Assembly (NCBI GenBank): GCA_963844425.1
Contig: CAWJOD010000021.1
Coordinates: forward strand, 141,579 to 205,578
From: an uncultured Thermoleophilia bacterium
Lineage (GTDB): Bacteria; Actinomycetota; Thermoleophilia; Solirubrobacterales; 70-9
DNA length: 64,000 bases
Direction: 5' to 3'
How positions within the stretch are numbered: the stretch's first letter is position 1; the number at the start of each line of letters is the position of its first letter. Both the position numbers and the translations under genes were made by a program. Positions 1-11,563 of this stretch are shown piece after piece. The notes beneath the pieces are model-generated. The model had not been told where the DNA came from and did no database searches. It was given only the letters and a program-made list of their open reading frames with translations.

Positions 1-1515
1 GAAGCGGCACGCAAAGGTCGAGCCGGGCTCGTTGGCGGCGAACCCGAACGAGGGGCTCCGATCGCTGGTCTCGCCCGACGGGCCGGAGGTGATCGTGGTC
101 ACCGGCGGAACGCAGTCAGGGACGAACTCGTCGGCGCCGATGTCCCGCCTTCCCACACCGTCGCAGTTCCCGTCCATCACGCGTGGCTGACCGTCGAGGT
201 CCGTCGTGCTCCCGGGCGGAGCGAGCGGATTGCCCGCGTCGATCATCTGGGAGCTGGGCTGGAGGTGGAAGTTGTTGGTGAGCGGATCCACGAACGACGG
301 CGCGGCGGCGGTCTGGAAGTTCTGGCAGCCGGCGCCGGTCGTCGGGCCCCTGGAGAACGTGATCGTGCAGGCGGCCGATGACGCGTTCGTGTTGATGGCG
401 TTCCCCACGATCGACGAGTCCAGCGTCAGGTCGGTGCCGGTGAGGTCTATGTCGGTCCCGTTGCCGAACAAGGTGACGTTCGTGGCCGTCACGTCGGCCA
501 ACTGAGGCGCGCCGTCCCCAAAGTCCAAGGCCTGGAGCCCGACGGTCGAGTTGTTCGCAAAGACATCCGCCTCGAGGGTGATCGGGCCGGTCGTGTCGGT
601 GACGTCGATCCCGTGGGAGAGGTTGAAGACGCGATTGCGCCTCAGGGTCGCGTTCAGGTTCATTCCGGGGGCACCGACCGAGGCCCCGAGGTCGATCCCG
701 CGGTTGGGGCCCGGCCCCGGCTGGTGGATGAGGTTGTCGAAGATCGTCGCGGTGCCGTCGGACACCGCGATCCGAAGCCGTCAACGACCCCGCCGAACTG
801 GTGCAGGCCGACGATCGTGTTCCGGCGGACGTCCACGGTGCTCACCCGAAGGCCGAGACGGGGAACCGGTAGCCGGTGAGCGTGTTGTCGTGGAGCGTCA
901 GCGTGCCCGCGCTGAAGGCGCTAATCCCCCACTGGTCGTCGGTCGGCGATGGGTCGGAGAAGATGTTGCCGTTGACAGTCGCACTGGTGCTGGCGCCCGT
1001 GACCTCGACGGTCGCAAACGACGTGTTCGGCTCGGGAGGCCGGGTGCCCTCGTCGAAGACGTTGTTCGCAATCGTCACCGAATCGTTCGCCTGGATCGCT
1101 CGCGCGTCGCCGCGGATCCTGAAGCCGCGGATCTCGCCGCCGGGATCGTCGACGGTGATCGCGGTCCCGACCCCGCCGTCGATGACCGCCTGAGGCTCGT
1201 CGCCGCCGATGAAGTTCTCCTCGACGATGCGGGTGTTCTCCGACAACGTCAGGTTCTCCATGTAGGGCACCGCGTCGTCGTCGACGTGGACGGTGGGAGG
1301 CGGGATGTCCGATGGCGTTGCCAAGAGGGACGCCGTCCGATCGAATTGCAGGGATTCGCCGGATCGCTGCAGTCGTTGGGCCCGGGGTCGCCGAGCGTGT
1401 TGTCCACCCAGAGCTCGTTCCCGAACGCAGAGCTGGGCAGAGCGAGGATTCCTACCGTCGCGAGCTCGAGGGCCACCACCCTCCACCGTCCGTGACCCTT
1501 GGCCTTCCCCTGCAT
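1..1515 (-). CDS. secreted right-handed parallel beta-helix repeat protein (3' end lies beyond window start; apparent frameshifts)
   Basis: ORF 1249..1515 opens with a signal-peptide-like MQGKAKGHGRWRVVALELATVGILALPSSAFG. It continues, with frame changes near 1330 and 770, through beta-helix-type repeats (ITVDDPGGEIRGFRIRGDARAIQANDSVTIANNVFDEG, NGNIFSD, LTLHDNTLTG, VFNLSHGIDVTDTTGPITLEADVFANN). It runs off position 1 without a stop. Confidence 0.6.
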
Positions 1516-1579
1516 CGCTCCTCTTCCAGTCGAGCTGAGCGAAGCTCGGAACGAGCTTACCTCGTCTTCCCGTTCACCG

Positions 1580-2299
1580 CTAGAGGGTCAGGTGGACCTC
1601 GCCGGAGCCGAGGGCCCGCGACTCGCCGTCGGGCAGCCGGACCAGGAGGTTCCCGTCCGCATCCACGCCCTCCACGAGCCCCGCCCCTTCGCCCGCTCCC
1701 GTCCAGCGGATCTCCCGCCCGACCAGCGCGTCGCGGCGCCGGAACTCCGCCAGCACCGCCTCGTCCTCCGCGCCGACCCACCGGTCGAGCGCGTCGCAGA
1801 GCGCGTCGAGCGCCGCCTCGACGCTCGCCCCGCCGCCGATCGAGGTCGCGGTCTCCCGCAGCTCCGCGGGGAACTCGTCGGGCTCGATCGCGACGTTGAG
1901 GCCGACCCCGATCACCGCCCAATCCGGGGGCCGCGCCTCGATCAGGACCCCGGCGAGCTTGCGCTCGGAGACCCAGACGTCGTTCGGCCATTTCACCCGG
2001 CACTCGCCGGCGCCGAGCTCCTCCGCCGCCTCGCAGACCGCGAGCGGCACGGCGAGCGGCAGCAGCCGGTGCTCGCTGCCGAGCGGGCCGCAGGATCGCC
2101 GAGCAGAGGAGCGCCTTGCCGGCGGGCGCGGACCACGTCCGGCCCTGGCCGCCCGCGCCCCGCGCTCTGCTCGGCGGCGGTGACGACCGTTCCCGACGGC
2201 GCGCCCTCGGCGACGAGCTCGCGGGCGCGCTCGTTGGTCGAGTCGGCGGACCGGTGGTGGTGGCGCGGCCGGCCGAAGCGCGGGCTCGGGCGCGCTCAC
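1580..2299 (-). CDS. birA: biotin--[acetyl-CoA-carboxylase] ligase (frameshifted as sequenced)
   Basis: The tail of ORF 1580..3895 reads [23 protein letters not shown]...GVGLNV...[13 protein letters not shown]. The N-terminal [32 protein letters not shown] sits in another frame. GTG at 2299 overlaps the upstream stop (GTGA). Frame changes near 2095 and 2140. Confidence 0.8.
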   Translation of the reverse strand: MSAPEPALRPAAPPPPVRRLDQRARPRARRRGRAVGNGRHRRRAERGARAARAGRGPRPPARRSSARRSCGPLGSEHRLLPLAVPLAVCEAAEELGAGECRVKWPNDVWVSERKLAGVLIEARPPDWAVIGVGLNVAIEPDEFPAELRETATSIGGGASVEAALDALCDALDRWVGAEDEAVLAEFRRRDALVGREIRWTGAGEGAGLVEGVDADGNLLVRLPDGESRALGSGEVHLTL

Positions 2300-3102
2300 G
2301 CCGCCCGGATCAGGACTTGGTCGTCGACGTCGATGCCGAGCGCCTCGCGGGCGCTGCCGCGGTTGACCGCGACCGCGAGCTTGCCGATCGCGTTCTCGTA
2401 GACGACGAGGGCGCCCTCCGCGACGTCCGCGAACGTCCGCCCCACGACGGCGTCGTGGCGGCTCCCGCCGCCCTCGACGACCACCGCCGACCCCGGCGCC
2501 AGTACCCCGTCCGGGACCTGGCTCACCGCAAGGTCGAGCAGCGCGTTCCCGAACCGGTCGAAGTAGGCGACGTGGGCGGCGACGTGATCCGTGCCGACCA
2601 CCACCCGGGGCTCGGCGAGGCGCGCGAGCGTCCCCGGGTCTATCGCCTCGCCGGCGTCGGCGAGGCTCGTGCCGAGCGCCAGGTGGGCGGCCACCGGGGC
2701 GAAGATGTCGCGGCCGTGGAAGGTCGCGGAGACCGGATCGAGGCAGAAGCGCGAACCGCTCAGGTCGACCGCGTCCGCGGCGCCGCCCAGGGCATCGAGC
2801 GCCGGCGCGAGCAGCCCGTTGTCGGGGCCGACGAGGACGTGCTCGGAGCCGGCCACCGAGACCGCGACCGGCCGGCGGCTCGTCCCGACCCCCGGGTCGA
2901 CGACGGCGACGTGGACCGCCTCGGGGCCGTAGGGCAGCGCCGCGGCGAGCGCCAGTGCCCCGCGGCGCACGTCGCGCGGCGGGACGCCGTGGGAGATGTC
3001 GATGACCGTCGCGCCGGGGGCGATGCGCTCGATCACCGCCCTGCAGACACCCGCGAACTCGTCCTCGTAGCCGTAGTCGGTGAGGAGGGTGATCGGCTTC
3101 AT
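2296..3102 (-). CDS. SAM hydroxide adenosyltransferase / chlorinase-fluorinase-like family protein (DUF62)
   Basis: Uninterrupted 268 codons from ATG 3102: [42 protein letters not shown]...[17 protein letters not shown]...[15 protein letters not shown]. Confidence 0.75.
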   Translation of the reverse strand: MKPITLLTDYGYEDEFAGVCRAVIERIAPGATVIDISHGVPPRDVRRGALALAAALPYGPEAVHVAVVDPGVGTSRRPVAVSVAGSEHVLVGPDNGLLAPALDALGGAADAVDLSGSRFCLDPVSATFHGRDIFAPVAAHLALGTSLADAGEAIDPGTLARLAEPRVVVGTDHVAAHVAYFDRFGNALLDLAVSQVPDGVLAPGSAVVVEGGGSRHDAVVGRTFADVAEGALVVYENAIGKLAVAVNRGSAREALGIDVDDQVLIRAA

Positions 3103-4641
3103 GGCCGCTACCCGTGCGGTCGCCGCCGCGTCCGCGAGCAGCGCCTCGACGACGCCGCCGGGGTCGTGGCGGGCGGCCTCGACGTGGACCTCGAGGCCGG
3201 CCTCGCGAGCGGTCGCGCTGGTCACCGGGCCGATCGAGACGACCCGGGCCTCTGCGGGGAAGTCCTCGCCGATCGCCTCGAGCAGGTTGGTCACGGTCGA
3301 GGAGGAGGTGAAGGTCACGTAGTCCGCCTCGCGGGCGAGCGCGAGCGCCGCGGGGTCGGGATCCTCGCGGACGGTCTCGTAGAGGGCGACGACGTCGACC
3401 TCGGCGCCGCGCTCGCGCAGCGCGTCCGGCAGCACCTCGCGGGCCTCGGCCGCTCGGGCGACGAGCACCCGCCGGCCCTCGACCTCGACGTCGGCGAGCG
3501 CCTCGACCAGCGCCTCGGCGATCGAGCGCTCGGGGACGACGTCGGCGATCACGCCGTGCTCGCGGAGCGCGGCGGCGGTGCCCGGCCCGATCGCCGCCAC
3601 GACGGCGCCGGCGAGCGCGCGCGCGTCGAGGCCGTGCTGCGCCAGCTCCTCGAAGAGCAGGCGGACCCCGTTCGGGCTGGTCAGGCAGATCGAGCGCGTA
3701 CTCGCCGATCGCCTCGATCGCCGCGCTCACCTCCGCCGAGCCGATCCGGGGCTCGATCCGGATCGCGGGCAGCTCGACCACCTCGGCGCCGAGCCCGGCG
3801 AGCGTCGCCGGCCATCCCGCTCGCCTGCGCGCGGGCGCGGGTGACGACGACGCGGCGGCCGTAGAGCGGGCGGCGCTCGAGCCAGGCGATCGCATCGCGC
3901 CGCGCGGCGACCCTGCCCGACGATGGCGATCGCCGGCGGCCCGATGCCGGTCTCGAGCACGCTCCCGCGGCAGCTCGGAGAGCGGTGCGGCGACGGTGCG
4001 CTGGCGTGGGCGAGGTGCCGCGCTCGACCACCGCCGCCGGCTCGGGCCGGATCGCGCCCGGCGTCGATCAGCTCGGCGACGATCGCCTCCAGCCGCTTCA
4101 CGCCCATGTAGATCACGAGCGTGCCCGGGAACCGCGCGAGCGCCTCCCAGTCGATCGCCGACTCGGCCTTCTCGGGGTCCTCGTGGCCGGTGACGAACGC
4201 GACCGCCGAGGCGTCGTCGCGATGGGTGACCGGGATCCCGGCGTAGGCGGGGGCGGCGATGCCGGCGGTGACGCCGGGAACGACCTCGAACGGGACCTCC
4301 GGCCGCGACCAGGGCCTCGGCCTCCTCGCCGCCGCGGCCGAAGACGAACGGATCGCCGCCCTTGAGCCGGACGACGCTGGCGCCGCCGCGCGCCCGGTCG
4401 ACCAGCAGGTCGCTCGATCTCGCCCTGCTCGACCGCGGCCTCGCCCGGCTGCTTGCCGACGTAGAGGAGCTCGGCGTCGTCGCGGACGCCGTCGAGGGCG
4501 CCCGGCGGGATCAGGCGGTCGTGGAGGATGACGTCGGCGGTCGCGATCAGCTCGCAGCGAGCGCGCCGTCATCAGGCCCGGGTCCCCGGGCCCGGCGCCG
4601 ACGAGGTAGACGACGCCGGCGCGCGCGGCACCGCCGTTCAC
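3103..4641 (-). CDS. cobA/hemD: fused uroporphyrin-III C-methyltransferase / uroporphyrinogen-III synthase (heavily frameshifted; no in-frame stop before the next ATG)
   Basis: GTG 4641 overlaps the hemC stop (GTGA). SUMT motifs: [73 protein letters not shown]. HemD part: [64 protein letters not shown]. At least 8 frame changes. Confidence 0.8.
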
Positions 4642-5522
4642 GCCAGCGCCTCGGCCTGCCTGAGCACCGTCGCGGCGCCCGCGTTCAGCATCCGCTCGGC
4701 GAGCTCGAGCCCGAGCGATCCCGGGCTGGTCGCGGTCGCCCCAGAGCGAGTCGCGGACCCAGCGGCTGCCGTCGGGCATGCCGACGAAGCCGTCGACGGT
4801 GAGCCGGTCGCGGCCGAGGCGGGCCCGGACCCCGACCGGCGTGTTGCAGGTCGCGTCGAGGCGCGGCCGATGGCGGCGCGCTCGGCGGTCAGCTCGAGCA
4901 AGCGCGGCCTCGTCGGTGATCGTCGGCCGCGGCCGCGGCCGCGTTCGTGTCGCCCGCCCGCGCCTCGAGCGCCAGGGTCCCCTGCCCGGCCGCCGGGGTC
5001 ATGTCTTCCTCGCCGAAGCGGAAGGCGATCGCATCCTCGCGGCCGAGCCTACGCAGCCCGGCGGCGGCGAGCACGATCCCGTCGAGCGAGGTCTGCTCGA
5101 GCTTCGCCAGCCGCGTGTCGACGTTTCCGCGGACCTCGAGGACCTCGACGTCGTCGCGGATCGCGAGGAGCTGGGCCTTGCGGCGCAGGCTCGAGGTCCC
5201 GATCCGCGCGCCCGAGCGGGATCGCCGCCAGCGAGCCGGCGGCGCCGCAGTAGGCGTCGGCGGGGTCCTCGCGCTCGGAGACGCCGACCAGGGCGAGCCC
5301 GTCAGGGATGTCCGCGGGCAGGTCCTTCGCGGAGTGCACCGCGAGGTCGATCTCCTCGTCGAGGAGCGCCTCCTCGATCTCCTTGACGAAGCGGGCCTTG
5401 TCGCCGCCCTCGCCCCGGTCGCCCGAGGTCTCGATCGCGACGATCTCGAGCCCGCCGAGGGCGCCGGAGATCGCCTCGGCCTGGGCGAGCGCGAGCGCGC
5501 TCCCGCGCGTGCCGAGCCTCAA
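4638..5522 (-). CDS. hemC: porphobilinogen deaminase (hydroxymethylbilane synthase), frameshifted
   Basis: [16 protein letters not shown]...[11 protein letters not shown]...[25 protein letters not shown]...[10 protein letters not shown] (alternate frame)...[10 protein letters not shown]...[13 protein letters not shown]...ERAAI. A candidate TTG start at 5522 overlaps an alternate-frame hemA stop (TTGA). Confidence 0.85.
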
Positions 5523-6863
5523 GGGGCGGGGCGCTTGCGTCGCGAGTCGAGCTCGGTCACCTCGGCGTCGTCCGGCGGCGAGCGGCTCGGTGCCGACGTC
5601 GAGCCCGAAGAGCTCGCGCAGCGCGCTGACGTAGAGGTAGGAGTCCTCGTCGCCGGAGGCGCGCTTCAGCCGCAGCGTCGGCTCGTGCAGCATCCGGCTC
5701 GCGATCGCCCGCGCGAGCGCCTCGACCCGCTCGCGGTCGGCCTCCGAGAGGCTCTCCCAGCGGTGCTCGTTCTCGGCGAGCACCCGGCGCGACGATCTCG
5801 TCGCCGCGGCGGCGCAGCGCCGCGATCGTCGGCACCACCTCGAGCGAGCCGATCCAGCCCTCGAAGCGGCCGAGCTCGGATTCGACGAGGCGCTCGGCGC
5901 GGCGGCCCTCGGCGGCGCGGCCGGACGCGTTTCGCTCGGCGATCGCCTGCACGTCGTCGACGTCGTGGACGCTGACGCCCGGGACCTCGCGGCAGCCCGG
6001 CTCGATGTCGCGCGGCACCGCGAGGTCGACCATCAGGAGCGGCCTGCCGTCGCGGGCGGCCATCACCAGCTCGAGCTCCTCGCGCTCGACGATGTGGTGC
6101 GGCGAGTTGGTCGAGGAGACGACGATGTCGGCCTCCTCCATCCGCGCCGGCAGCTCGTCGATCCGCACCGCGCGGCCGCCGAAGCGCTGCGCGAGCCCGA
6201 TCGCGCGGTTGTGGTGGCGGTTGGCGATGAAGACGGTCTCGACGCCGCGCGCGGCGAGCGCCCGGGCGGTGAGCTCGGCGGTCTCGCCGGCGCCGACGAG
6301 GAGCACCTCGCGGTTGGCGAGGTCGCCGAGCGACGCGCTGCGCGAGCTCGACGGCGACGGAGGGGATCGAGAGGCCGCGCTCGGAGATCGCCGGTCTCGG
6401 TGCGGGCGCGCTTGCCGGTCGCGAGCGCGCCGCGGAAGAGGCGGTTGAGGACCGGGCCGGTCGCGCCCTCGACCAGCGCGAGCTCGTAGGCGCGCTTGAC
6501 CTGGCCCTGGATCTCGGCCTCGCCGAGGATCATCGAGTCGAGCCCCGCGGCGACCCGGAAGAGGTGGCGGGCGGACTCGGTGGCGCGGTGCGAGTAGAGG
6601 CTCTCGACCAGCTCGGTCGGCCGGATGTCGGCCTCGCGGGCGAGCACGCCGAGCGCGAGCGACTCCGCCTCGACCGCGTCGGCGGCGACGAGGTAGAGCT
6701 CGGTGCGGTTGCAGGTCGAGATCGCCGCCGCCTCGTGAACGTGCGGCGACTCGACGAGCTCGCCGAGGACGCCGACGGCGCGGCCCTCGGTGAGCGCCAG
6801 CCGCTCCCGCAGCTCGAGCGGCGCGGTGCGGTGCGAGACGCCGAGCGCGATCAGCTCGCTCAT
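5519..6863 (-). CDS. hemA: glutamyl-tRNA reductase, frameshifted
   Basis: MSELIALGVSHRTAPLELRERLAL...ISTCNRTELY...DSMILGEAEIQGQVKRAY...LLVGAGETAELTARAL...MVDLAVPRDIEP...LHEPTLRLK. ATG 6863 overlaps the ccmD-like stop (ATGA). Confidence 0.85.
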
Positions 6864-7084
6864 GGCGCGATCCTCTCCCCGATCGTGCGCTTCTCGGGCT
6901 CGGCGGCGCCGTCGCGCGCGCCGTTGTCGCGGCGCTCGGCGCGGTCGGCGAGCTTGGCGATCTCGCGCTGGAGGCGGCCGAGGCGGGCGGCCATGATCCC
7001 GACGTAGACGAGCAGCAGCACCGCGAACGCGACGTACGCCGCGGCGACGTACTTGCCGGCCTCGTCGAGCGGGAGCGCGGGCAT
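6860..7084 (-). CDS. ccmD: small single-TM protein, CcmD-like (heme exporter protein D) by position and size
   Basis: 74 aa, MPALPLDEAGKYVAAAYVAFAVLLLVYVGIMAARLGRLQREI, with one hydrophobic helix. It lies directly after ccmC with overlapping start and stop codons. Confidence 0.45.
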   Translation of the reverse strand: MPALPLDEAGKYVAAAYVAFAVLLLVYVGIMAARLGRLQREIAKLADRAERRDNGARDGAAEPEKRTIGERIAP

Positions 7085-7771
7085 CAGGCCGCGCTCCTTC
7101 GGCGAGGGCGCGGCGCAGGCGGCCGAGGTCGGCGCGCGTGCGCTTCGCGGCGAGCTCGAAGGCGACGAGGGTGGTCCAGAGCAGGGCGACCCCGACGAGG
7201 CAGACGAGGAAGGTGAACATCATCTCGCCGGGCAGCCCGCCGGCGGAGGAGAACGTGCGCGGGATGGATGAAGCGACTCGGCGAGCCGGACCGCGAGGAA
7301 GTTGAGCGGGACGAAGGCGCCGGCGGTGATCGCGAAGACCGAGGCGTAGCGCGCCTGGCGCTCGCGGTCCGGGATCGCGAAGCGGAGCGGGTAGTAGGTG
7401 CAGTAGAGGAGGAAGACGATCAGGAAGCTGACCAGGGTCGGCTCGCGCCACTCCCACCACACGCCCCACTGGGCCTTCGCCCAGATCGCGCCGGTGACGA
7501 GCACGGCGACGCCGAAGATCACCGACATGTGGATCGAGACGTAGGCGCGGTAGTCGTGGACCGGGTCGCCGGTTCGCAGGTGGCGGATCGCGTGGATCGC
7601 GGCGACGACGAAGCCGACGAGGGCGACGATCGCGAGCGGGACGTGCAGGTAGAAGATCTTCTGGACGAAGCCCTCGCGCTCGAGCGGCGCGTAGAAGAAG
7701 ACGAGCGCGAAGCCCGCGCCGAGGACGAGCGCGGTGAGGATGGTCAGGTTGCGTAGGCGGCTGGGGCTCAT
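7084..7771 (-). CDS. ccmC: heme exporter protein C (CcmC-like), frameshift near 7260
   Basis: FYLHVPLAIVA...WAKAQWGVWWEWREPTLVSFLIV (W-rich WWD-type motif, here WEWR)...FLAVRLAES, then the last TM segments (MMFTFLVCLVGVALLWTTLVAFEL) in another frame. Confidence 0.65.
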
Positions 7772-7775
7772 CGGG

Positions 7776-8448
7776 CTAGTCCTCCAGCAGGAAGTCGTAG
7801 ACGGCGTAGCCGATCAGGAGGAACGTCACATCGTAGAGCGCGAGGACCGCAATCCAGCGCCCGAAATCGGCGTACTCAGGCCCTCCGGCGTCGAGCAGGC
7901 CGGCGCCGGCGCCGGCCGCGGCGATCATCAGCGGCACCGAGAGCGGCAGCAGGATCAGCGGCCCGAGCAGGTCGCGGGCGCGGGAGCTGACCGCGATCGA
8001 GGAGACGAGCACGCCGATCACCGCGAGCCCGACGTCGAGCAGGGCGAGGATCGCGCAGAGCGGGCCGAGGCCGCTCCACTCCTCGAGGAAGAAGACGCCG
8101 AAGACCGGCACGGCGATCAGCTCGAGGACGACCAGGTAGATGACCAGCGCGGCGATCTTCGCCGCGTAGAGCGAGGTGCCGTCGACCGGGGCGAGCCGGA
8201 TCGCGTCGAAGCCCGCCCTGCTCGCGCTCGGCGACGAAGACGCGGTTGATCGCGAGCACCGCGGCGAACAGGATCGTCACCAGGAGCACGCCCGGCGGCG
8301 AGGCTGCCCGGCGAGCTCCTCGCGGTCGAGGCCGTAGCGGAAGATGACGAAGGTCGTGATCGCGAACAGCGCCATCGCCGGCACCGACTCGAGCGTGCGC
8401 AGCTCGATCCGCAGGTCCTTGGCGAGGATCGCCGCTGAACGCGTTCAC
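7776..8448 (-). CDS. ccmB: heme exporter protein B (CcmB), frameshifted
   Basis: GTG 8448 overlaps the ccmA stop (GTGA). Stitched sequence: [35 protein letters not shown]...[27 protein letters not shown]...[12 protein letters not shown]...[24 protein letters not shown]. Confidence 0.7.
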
Positions 8449-9166
8449 GCCGCGCCCCCCGCCGGCGCGTAGACCGCGTCGAGGTCGGCGCGCGCGACCT
8501 CAGCCGGCGGGGGCGCTGATCGCGACGGCGCCGTCGCGGCGGAGCGCCAGCACCCGGTCGGCTCCGCGCGAGCCCGGCGCCGGGATCGTGGGTGACGAGC
8601 ACCCGGGTGTGCCCGGAGCCGGCGCCGATCAGCGGCTCGACCAGCTCCGAGGCGCCCGGGTCGAGGTGCGCGTGCGGCTCGTCGAGGAGGAGCAGCTCGG
8701 GCTCGTGCAGGAGCGCGCGGCAGACCGCGACGCGCTGGCGCATGCCGGCGGAGAGCTCGTGGACGCGGACGTCCGCGGCGGCGTCCATCCCGACGCGCTC
8801 GAGGAGCTCGGCGCGCGCGCCCCGCGCCGTCGCCCTCGAGGCCGTGCAGGCGCCCGTGGAAGGCGAGGTTCTCGGCGACGGTCAGCTCGCGGTAGAGAAG
8901 CGGCTCGTGGCCGAGGAAGCCGATCCGGCCGCGGATCTTCCAGCGCCTCGCGCGGCAGCGCCGCCCCGAGCACCGCGAGCCTCGCCGCCGCTCGGGCGCA
9001 GCAGCGTCGCCAGGATCCGCAGCAGCGTCGTCTTGCCGGCGCCGTTGGGGCCGAGGACGGCGAGCGTCTCACCCGCCGCCAGCTCGAGCGAGACGTCGCG
9101 AAGCGCGAGGTGGTCGCCGTAGGCGCGCGAGAGCCCGCGCAGCGCGATCGGGTCGGTGTCGGCCAC
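8445..9166 (-). CDS. ccmA: heme-exporter ABC ATPase (CcmA-like), frameshifted
   Basis: Walker [20 protein letters not shown] (ORF 8882..9166). Signature and Walker B: [32 protein letters not shown]...RVLVTHDP (ORF 8117..8788). Confidence 0.75.
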
Positions 9167-9232
9167 CTCGCAGGCCGAATTTAGCGCCGGTCACTACTCT
9201 CTCCGCAACCAGGGAGTCAACGGAGGGTTGGG

Positions 9233-9839
9233 ATGAACATGATGAAGCGAGGATTGATCGCGCTCGCGGCGCTGCTGGCCGTGCCCGGCGCTGGCCCACG
9301 CGCAGGGCTCCGTGACCGAGATCGCGACCGGCGACGACTTCTTCGAGCCCGAGAACGTCGCGAGCGACGTCGGGGTCGAGTCCTACCACTGGCAGTGGGG
9401 GCCGCCCGCGACGGCGAGCGAGCACAACGTCCGCGAGGAGAGCGAGCTCTTCTACTCCGGCAACCTCGAGCCGACCGGCGAGTTCACGGTCACGCCCTCG
9501 GCAGGGACCTTCCACTACTACTGCGACGCCCACGGCTTCATCAGCTCGACCGGCAAGCCGATCGGGATGGCGCGGCGAGATCGCGGTGAAGCCGACCGCG
9601 ACGCCGCAGGGCAAGAGGACCCTCGTCACCTGGGCCACCGAGACGACCGACACGGGCAACCGCTACGACGTCCGGCAGAAGACCGGCTCGAAGAAGCCCG
9701 AGGTCGTCGAGGAGCAGCACGAAGGCGATCGAGGGCGCGTTCAAGCTGAAGCCCGGGACCAAGTACACGGTTCCACGTCCGCTCGCTGCAGGGCAAGGCC
9801 GCGAGCGACTGGTCGCCGAAGCTGAAGATCAAGGGTTAG
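9233..9839 (+). CDS. secreted cupredoxin (type-1 copper-like) protein with C-terminal beta-sandwich extension, frameshifted
   Basis: Signal peptide MNMMKRGLIALAALLAVPG. Then ATGDDFFEPENV...EHNV...FHYYCDAHGFISSTGKPIGM (a C-x2-H-x(n)-M ligand pattern). The tail KPTATPQGKRTLVTWATETTDTGNRYDVRQK...KYTVHVRSLQGKAASDWSPKLKIKG is spread over three frames. Confidence 0.6.
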
Positions 9840-11411
9840 CCGCTAGCGGCCCTTGCGCAGCGTGCGCGCGCCCGCCTTGAGGAGCGGCGCGGCGCCCTCG
9901 CGGAAGCGCTCGCGCGCGGTGGCCGTTGCGGCCGTAGATCAGCCGGGTCGAGGCCCGGATCGCGTCGCCGAGCGTGCGGTCGTAGGGCTGCCACCAGAGG
10001 TCGCGGGTCATCCCCGGCTCCCAGGTGACGGTCTTCACCTCGACGCACTCGTAGAAGCCGAACTTCGAGTGCGAGCGGCCGAGGCCCGGACTCCTTGACC
10101 CCGCCCCACGCGCACTGGCAGGCGCCGTGGGTGAAGGAGTGGTCGTTGATCCAGACCATGCCCGACTCGATCTCGCGCGCGATCCGCTCGCCCTTCTGGC
10201 GGTCGGTGGTCCAGACCGAGGCGCCGAGCCCGAAGTTGGAGTCGTTGGCGAGCGCGAGCGCCTCGTCCTCGGTGCCGACGACCGTGATCGGCAGGACCGG
10301 GCCGAAGATCTCCTCGCGCATGATCCGCATCTCGGGCTCGACCCCGGTCGAGCACCGTCGGGGCGATGAAGCGGCCCGGGAAGCCGTCGATCTCCCGCGG
10401 CCCGCCGGTCAGCCGCTCGGCGCCCGCGGCGAGCGCGTCGTCGACGAGCTCGGTGACGAGGTCGGCCTGCTGGGCGGAGACCATCGGGCCGATCTCGGTC
10501 GTCCACTCGAGCGGGTCGCCGACGGTCAGCCGCTCGGTCTCGCGGACGACGCCCTCGAGGAACCGGTCGGCGACGTCCTCGACGACGTAGGTGCGCTCGA
10601 TCCCCGAGCAGGTCTGGCCGGCGTTGGCGAAGCCGCCCCAGACCGCGCCCGAGACCGCGTTCGCGAGGTCGGCGTCGGCGCAGACGATCTGCGGGTCCTT
10701 GCCGCCGAGCTCCAGCACCGAGCCCTTCAGCTGCCGGGCGCAGATCTCGCCGACGCCGCGGCCGACCTCGACCGAGCCCGTGAAGAAGATCTTCCCGGTC
10801 GAGGCCTCGCAGAGCGCCTGGCCGACGGCGCCGCCGCCGTGGACGGTGCGGACGAGCCCCTCGGGCAGCCCCGCCTTCTCGAAGGTCTCGCGGATCCGCT
10901 CGCCGAGCAGCGGCGTCAGGCTCGCCGGCTTGAGGACGACGCCGTTGCCGGCGGCCAGGGCGATCGCGACCTCGCCGAACGGGATCGACCACGGGTAGTT
11001 CCAGGGCGCGATCACGCCGACGACCCCGATCGGCTCGTAGGAGAAGAAGCTGCGCTTGGTCTTCAGGAAGAGCTGCGGGTAGGGGATGCGCTCGTCGGCG
11101 AGGATCTCGGGCGCGTTGTCGGCGCACCAGTGCAGGAGGTCGACGGTCGGCAGCACCTCCATCGTGTAGCTCTCGAGCCGCGGCTTGCCCTGCTCGCGGG
11201 TGAGGAGCTCGGCGACCTCGTCGAGCTCCTCGACGAGGACGTCGGCGGCCCGGCGCAGGTAGCGGCCGCGGTCCTCGAGCGAGAGCTGGGCCCAGAACGG
11301 CTGGACCTCGGCGACGCCGTCGACGACCTCCTGGACCTGCTCGGGCGCGATCGTCTCGACCGTGCCGACCAGATCCCCCGTGGCCGGGTTGAAGGACTCG
11401 AGCGTGCCCAT
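9829..11411 (-). CDS. NAD(P)-dependent aldehyde dehydrogenase, frameshifted near 10350 and 10080
   Basis: GVVGVIAPWNYPW...KPASLTP...FTGSVEVGR...ELGGKDP...AGQTCSGIER...REEIFGPVLPI...GLGASVWT...GGVKESG. Confidence 0.85.
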
Positions 11412-11563
11412 CGGAGGATCCTACGCGGCGATCATCGCCCTCGGCCCTTGGCGACGTGGGGCTGGGAATGACCAATGGTTGGCCATCAGACGCCACACGT
11501 CGGATCGTGGGTGGCCGAGCGCTACGAGTGGGGCCCTGGATGTGACGGAAGCGTCACGACTCC

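Noticed and set aside
9839-9850. 12-bp palindrome GCCGCTAGCGGC between the cupredoxin and aldehyde dehydrogenase genes as a regulatory site.
   Set aside because: It sits at the overlapping 3' ends of convergent genes and simply provides TAG stops on both strands, like GCTAGC at 36553-36558 and CCTAGG at 60979-60984. There is no flanking promoter context.
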